A DNA stretch of 32,000 nucleotides from Vibrio alginolyticus NBRC 15630 = ATCC 17749 (GTDB taxonomy: Bacteria > Pseudomonadota > Gammaproteobacteria > Enterobacterales > Vibrionaceae). Positions 26,639 through 32,000 of this stretch are shown here, piece by piece. Where the stretch lies: positions 2,610,001 through 2,642,000 of the forward strand of contig NC_022349.1 of NCBI RefSeq assembly GCF_000354175.2, read 5' to 3'. Position 1 is the first letter of the stretch; every line of letters starts with the position of its first letter. Position numbers and translations under genes: made by a program. The notes below the pieces were generated by a model. The model was not told where the DNA came from and made no database searches. It saw nothing but the letters and a program-made list of their open reading frames with translations.

Positions 26639-27970
26639 TTAAAGAATAAAGCGGCTTAGATCTTCATCTTCAATCGTGTCGCCTAGGCGCTCTTTCACAT
26701 AAGCGGAATCAATAACGAATTTAGCGCCAGATTGCTCCGCTGCGTCGTAAGAGATTTCATCCATCAAGCGTTCCATTACGGTGTGTAAGCGACGAGCACC
26801 GATGTTTTCTGTGCTTTCGTTGACCGTCCATGCCGCTTCCGCGATTTGCGTGATGCCGTCTTCTGTGAATTCGATGTCCACATCTTCCGTTTTCATCAAC
26901 GCAACGTACTGCTCTGTTAGAGAGGCTTTTGGTTCTGTCAGAATGCGTTTGAAGTCGTTACTGCTTAGTGCTTCTAGCTCAACACGAATTGGTAGACGAC
27001 CTTGCAATTCTGGGATCAAGTCAGATGGTTTTGCCACTTGGAATGCACCAGATGCAACAAACAGAATGTGGTCTGTTTTTACCATGCCGTGCTTAGTTGA
27101 TACCGTGCTGCCTTCAATCAATGGAAGTAGGTCGCGCTGAACACCTTCGCGTGAAACGTCTGGGCCTGAGCTTTCGCCGCGTTTACAGATTTTGTCGATC
27201 TCATCGATAAATACGATGCCGTTGTTTTCAACGTTGAAAATCGCTGCTTCTTTCAGCTCTTCTTGGTTAACCAGTTTTGCCGCTTCTTCTTCCGCTAACG
27301 CTTTCATTGCGTCTTTGATTTTCAGCTTACGTTTTTTCTTAGTGTCGCCAGCGAGGTTTTGGAACATGCCTTGCAGCTGGTTAGTCATCTCTTCCATACC
27401 AGGAGGCGCCATGATCTCTACGCCCATTTGTGGTGCGGCTACGTCGATTTCAATTTCTTTATCGTCTAGTTGGCCTTCACGCAGTTTCTTACGGAAGATC
27501 TGGCGAGTGTGAGAAGACTCTTCCGTTTGCTCTGCTTGACCCCAGCTATCACGTGCTGGTGGCAGTAGCGCATCAAGAATGCGTTCTTCCGCTTGCTCTT
27601 CTGCGCGGAATTTCACTTTCTCCATCGCTTGTTGATGCGTCATTTTCACAGCGACATCTGTTAGGTCACGGATGATGGTTTCAACTTCTTTACCAACGTA
27701 ACCCACTTCGGTGAATTTTGTCGCTTCAACTTTGATGAAAGGGGCATTTGCCAGTTTTGCGAGGCGTCGTGCGATTTCAGTCTTACCAACACCAGTAGGG
27801 CCAATCATCAAGATGTTTTTTGGCGTCACTTCGGCACGCAAGCTTTCTTCAAGCTGCATGCGGCGCCAGCGGTTACGAAGTGCAATCGCAACCGAACGCT
27901 TGGCTTTTTCTTGACCGATAATGTGGCGGTTCAATTCATGAACGATTTCGCGAGGCGTCATTTCAGACAT
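26639..27970 (-). CDS. hslU: ATP-dependent protease ATPase subunit HslU
   Basis: 443 aa. [20 protein letters not shown], Walker [16 protein letters not shown] and the C-terminal DLSRFIL are all classic HslU features. Five antisense track ORFs inside it are shadows. Confidence 0.97.
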   Translation of the reverse strand: MSEMTPREIVHELNRHIIGQEKAKRSVAIALRNRWRRMQLEESLRAEVTPKNILMIGPTGVGKTEIARRLAKLANAPFIKVEATKFTEVGYVGKEVETIIRDLTDVAVKMTHQQAMEKVKFRAEEQAEERILDALLPPARDSWGQAEQTEESSHTRQIFRKKLREGQLDDKEIEIDVAAPQMGVEIMAPPGMEEMTNQLQGMFQNLAGDTKKKRKLKIKDAMKALAEEEAAKLVNQEELKEAAIFNVENNGIVFIDEIDKICKRGESSGPDVSREGVQRDLLPLIEGSTVSTKHGMVKTDHILFVASGAFQVAKPSDLIPELQGRLPIRVELEALSSNDFKRILTEPKASLTEQYVALMKTEDVDIEFTEDGITQIAEAAWTVNESTENIGARRLHTVMERLMDEISYDAAEQSGAKFVIDSAYVKERLGDTIEDEDLSRFIL

Positions 27971-27993
27971 ATTCTTTCCTTACTTCGTTACGA

Positions 27994-28545
27994 TTACGCG
28001 GTTGGTTTTTCAGGCTCTACTGCTGAGTCTAGCTCTTCTACCGTGTGGTGATGGTTAGTGAAGACACAAATATCACCCGCGATATTGAGAGCTTTTTCCG
28101 CGATCTCACGAGCATCTAGATCTGTGTTTTCTAGTAGGGCGGTTGCGGCAGCTTGTGCGTAAGCACCACCAGAGCCAATCGCAATCAGGTCGTGTTCTGG
28201 CTGTACGACATCACCATTACCGGTAATGATTAACGATGCGGTTTCGTCGGCAACGGCAAGTAATGCTTCGAGCTTGCGCAAAGCACGATCGCTACGCCAG
28301 TCTTTGGCTAGCTCAACTGCCGCTTTGGTTAGGTGACCTTGGTGCATTTGCAGTTTGCTTTCGAAGCGCTCAAAAAGGGTGAAGGCATCCGCAGTACCGC
28401 CGGCAAAGCCCGCTAGTACTTGGTTGTTGTATAGGCGGCGAACTTTGCGCGCATTACCTTTCATTACGGTATTGCCTAGAGATACTTGGCCATCACCCGC
28501 GATGACGACTTTATTATTTCGACGTACAGATACAATGGTAGTCAC
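27994..28545 (-). CDS. hslV: ATP-dependent protease peptidase subunit HslV
   Basis: [24 protein letters not shown] has the N-terminal catalytic Thr after Met removal. The start codon is GTG at 28543..28545. Confidence 0.96.
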   Translation of the reverse strand: MTTIVSVRRNNKVVIAGDGQVSLGNTVMKGNARKVRRLYNNQVLAGFAGGTADAFTLFERFESKLQMHQGHLTKAAVELAKDWRSDRALRKLEALLAVADETASLIITGNGDVVQPEHDLIAIGSGGAYAQAAATALLENTDLDAREIAEKALNIAGDICVFTNHHHTVEELDSAVEPEKPTA

Positions 28546-28585
28546 AGTCGACCTCTTGATTATTTCTCTTTGGATTTAATTCAGT

Positions 28586-28616
28586 ATATGGGGGAGGAGA
28601 AATGGGGATTCAAGGG
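28586..28616 (-). promoter_or_regulatory. Sigma-32 (heat-shock) promoter of hslVU
   Basis: The minus strand reads CCCTTGAA-(14 nt)-CCCCATAT, a near-perfect match to the sigma-32 consensus CTTGAA N13-15 CCCCATNT. It lies about 40 nt upstream of the hslV start. Confidence 0.8.
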
Positions 28617-28618
28617 GG

Positions 28619-28655
28619 CAAAAAGAAAGGCCCTAGGATCTTAGCTCCTAGGGCC
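28619..28655 (-). terminator. Rho-independent terminator of ftsN
   Basis: On the minus strand: GGCCCTAGGA-gctaaga-TCCTAGGGCC followed by TTTCTTTTT, directly after the ftsN stop. Confidence 0.8.
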
Positions 28656-28660
28656 TGAGT

Positions 28661-29209
28661 TTAAAGATTTTCTTTCCAAATCGCGCACGGCTCGATTTTC
28701 GCGCGTTGCAGTTTATGACGGTCACGTTCTGCATCACGTTTGAACTTATACGGACCTAGCACCACGCGATACCATGAACTGCCTTCTTTCTTACGAATCT
28801 TGCTCGACATCCCTTGGAACGCGATTGCAAGCTTGCGCTCTTCGGCTTGTGCCTGAGTTTTGTACGCGCCACACTGCATGATGTAAGGAATTTTAGAAAC
28901 TTCAATTTCTTTGGCCACAACTTCAACTTCACGTTTCGGTAGTGACTCAACATATTCCCATTTTTCTTCTGGTGGTGGCGGCAAGTCTTTTTTCGGCTTT
29001 GGTTTGCTTACAGTGGTTGTTGGCTGCTTCACGACTGGTTGTTTAGGTTCTGGGTCGCTACTCAAAAGGTAAAGACCATAGCCAAAACCGCCCACGAGCA
29101 AGATAGCGAGCAGGCCACTGCGCCAAGGTTTTTTTCTTCTCGGCGGCTGTTTTTTTGTCGACTTTTTTGGGGCGCCTCGCCCCCGTCTTACATAATCTCT
29201 ATTTGCCAC
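28661..29209 (-). CDS. ftsN: Cell-division protein FtsN (short Vibrio-type, C-terminal SPOR domain)
   Basis: MANRDYVRRGRGAPKK.., a single TM segment (LLAILLVGGFGYGLYLL), a Pro/Lys-rich linker and a C-terminal SPOR-like domain (YIMQCGAYKTQAQAEERKLAIAF..WYRVVLGPY). It keeps the conserved position between hslV and cytR. Confidence 0.88.
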   Translation of the reverse strand: MANRDYVRRGRGAPKKSTKKQPPRRKKPWRSGLLAILLVGGFGYGLYLLSSDPEPKQPVVKQPTTTVSKPKPKKDLPPPPEEKWEYVESLPKREVEVVAKEIEVSKIPYIMQCGAYKTQAQAEERKLAIAFQGMSSKIRKKEGSSWYRVVLGPYKFKRDAERDRHKLQRAKIEPCAIWKENL

Positions 29210-29381
29210 GGTTATTTCTGGTCATCAAGGATTCTTGCAAATATGTTAATCCAGAACGAGTTGAGAAAACACCCTATTGATAGAATCTTGATAGCTAAAG
29301 CGCGACAACGCCCGAGTGTAGGGGAGTGTGTTTCTGTTCTCGCTTATATTTATTCGGGGATATACAAAAAGCAGGAGGGGT

Positions 29382-29410
29382 AAATAAAAAAGCGGCGCCT
29401 TAGCACCGCT
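29382..29410 (-). terminator. Rho-independent terminator of cytR
   Basis: On the minus strand: AGCGGTGC-taag-GCGCCGCT (one G-U pair) followed by TTTTTTATTT. Confidence 0.7.
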
Positions 29411-29436
29411 TTGGGGATGAATACCTAATCTTTAGG

Positions 29437-30444
29437 TTAAGGGCGCTGTGGTGGCGCTGCACTTCCACGAATGACGAGATTAGTTTCAAGCAGACGCGAG
29501 CCTGAATGCACGTCGTGGCCTTTTAACATCTCGAGCATCATTAGCATCGCTTGTCGACCAATCTCATAGCGAGGTTGAGAGATGGTGGTCAACGGTGGAT
29601 CGCAGTACTGAGCGAAGTTAATGTCATCAAAGCCCACAACAGAGAGATCTTGCGGTACTCGTAAGCCAAGCTTTTTCGCTTCTTGAATTGCGCCGATGGC
29701 CATTGTGTCACAGTGGCAGAAAATAGCCGTTGGTGGTTCTGGCAATTCGAGCAGTTTACGAACGGCTTTTGCTCCGCCATCAAAAGAAAACTCAGTAATG
29801 ACACTATATTGTGGATCTTTATTGATGCCGGCACGGCGCAGGGCTTGTTGGTAGCCTTGCTGGCGGAACTGACACAATATTGCTGTATCTGGTCCAGAGA
29901 TTTGAGCAATGCGTTTATGACCTAATTGAGTCAGGTAATTCACCGCTTCAAATGCTGAGGTCAGGTTATCAATATGTACTGTCGGAAGCTCGAGCTCTGG
30001 CGCAAATTCACACGCCATTACCATCGGAGGTAAGTTCTTTTGCTCTGGCTTACTGACATCGAATGGTAGATCTGTACCAAGCAGTAGCATTCCATCTGCC
30101 TGCTTAGTAAATACGAGGTTAACGAAAGAGCTTTCGCGTTTCTTCTGTTGTCCGCTATCGCCCAGCAGGACTAGATAGCCATGTTCCATGGCTGCATCTT
30201 CAATACCGCGAATAATTTCAGAAAAATAAGGATCACAGATGTCGGGAACGATAGTAACAATGGTTTTTGATTCGTTTCTACGTAAGTTACGCGCTAATGA
30301 GTTTGGAGAATAACCCGCTTCAAGTACGGCATCTTCTACTCTCTTTCTTGTAGAAGAAGAGACTTTCTCTGGATTCATTAAGGCTCGAGATACCGTAGCC
30401 GTAGACACTCCCGCAAGCTGGGCAACATCCTTCATTGTCGCCAT
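29437..30444 (-). CDS. cytR: LacI-family transcriptional repressor CytR
   Basis: The N-terminal HTH MKDVAQLAGVSTATVSRALMNPEKVS and a periplasmic-binding-protein-like core mark a LacI-family protein. Its position between ftsN and priA matches Vibrio cytR. Confidence 0.85.
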   Translation of the reverse strand: MATMKDVAQLAGVSTATVSRALMNPEKVSSSTRKRVEDAVLEAGYSPNSLARNLRRNESKTIVTIVPDICDPYFSEIIRGIEDAAMEHGYLVLLGDSGQQKKRESSFVNLVFTKQADGMLLLGTDLPFDVSKPEQKNLPPMVMACEFAPELELPTVHIDNLTSAFEAVNYLTQLGHKRIAQISGPDTAILCQFRQQGYQQALRRAGINKDPQYSVITEFSFDGGAKAVRKLLELPEPPTAIFCHCDTMAIGAIQEAKKLGLRVPQDLSVVGFDDINFAQYCDPPLTTISQPRYEIGRQAMLMMLEMLKGHDVHSGSRLLETNLVIRGSAAPPQRP

Positions 30445-30718
30445 AGTTTTTAACCTCTCATTTATTTTTTGCCAAGATGACGTTATTCCGGTTTGAAATC
30501 AGAGTAATCAAACCGAGTTAGAGCTGTATTTGCTCTTCGCTCAGTTCGTGTTAACGAGTGGGAAAATGGATTCTTCACCGCGATATCAATTTGTGGGAAT
30601 AGTCATTGTTTTAATCTAAGCCTGTGCAAACAAGTCACTTTAGACTTTTCTAATTTGGATAGTCTATTCATTTCTAAAGTGAAAGTTACGGTCTGTTTAA
30701 CAAAAATTGTAATCTTGG

Positions 30719-30734
30719 TGTGATTCTGGTCACA
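30719..30734. promoter_or_regulatory. Consensus CRP-binding site TGTGAttctggTCACA upstream of cytR
   Basis: Perfect TGTGA-N6-TCACA palindrome read directly, in the priA-cytR intergenic region about 275 bp upstream of the cytR start. Confidence 0.6.
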
Positions 30735-30768
30735 TTAAATGGTAATTCATTACATAGTTAAACGTTTG

Positions 30769-32000
<1,232 letters not shown>

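Noticed and set aside
26781-27914. ORFs on the plus strand inside hslU (26781..27140, 27192..27512, 27430..27675, 27711..27914), together with 28355..28579 inside hslV.
   Set aside because: All are antisense shadows of highly conserved genes, with biased, serine-rich composition and no recognisable motifs.
30623-30638. Second CRP-like sequence TGTGCaaacaagTCACt in the cytR upstream region.
   Set aside because: The half-site spacing is 7 rather than 6 nt and both half-sites are imperfect, so it is not convincing on its own.

Overview
The window looks like a Vibrionaceae (Vibrio-like) large-chromosome segment. This is judged from gene content and order (tpiA, glpX, zapB, rraA, menA, hslUV, ftsN, cytR, priA) and about 45% GC by eye; no database search was possible. 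It has three parts. (1) 86..17207: an MBL/beta-CASP gene (like the rjg junction gene of Vibrio polysaccharide loci), then a 1.1-kb non-coding region carrying a JUMPStart/ops element. After that comes a co-directional Wzx/Wzy-type surface-polysaccharide operon: wecA-like initiating transferase, murA-like and murB-like paralogs, wzx, Alg14-like/Alg13-like split glycosyltransferase, two GT-B glycosyltransferases, wzy-like polymerase, a YjbH/GfcD-like outer-membrane protein, ugd, a UDP-glucuronate 4-epimerase-like gene and galU. The central part (about 3640..11800) is visibly AT-rich (about 28-30% GC in hand-counted lines), which suggests a serotype-specific, horizontally exchanged cassette. wzx and the Alg14-like gene are each split by a one-base homopolymer frameshift. 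(2) 17305..21256: tpiA, a CHMI-like tautomerase, a DUF805 membrane protein, a GIY-YIG gene with no usable start codon, a DUF3135 protein and a wHTH regulator. (3) 21956..32000: core housekeeping genes glpX through a partial priA. The least ordinary signal is a structured 166-167-bp tandem repeat family in three intergenic arrays (about 19297..19750, 21371..21920 and 25281..26590), all in the same orientation. Each unit contains two mutually inverted palindromic modules of about 34-38 bp, an organisation like REP/BIME/REPIN elements, but no RAYT-type transposase lies in the window. All functional calls rest on motif recognition in the supplied translations and on patterns seen directly in the DNA.
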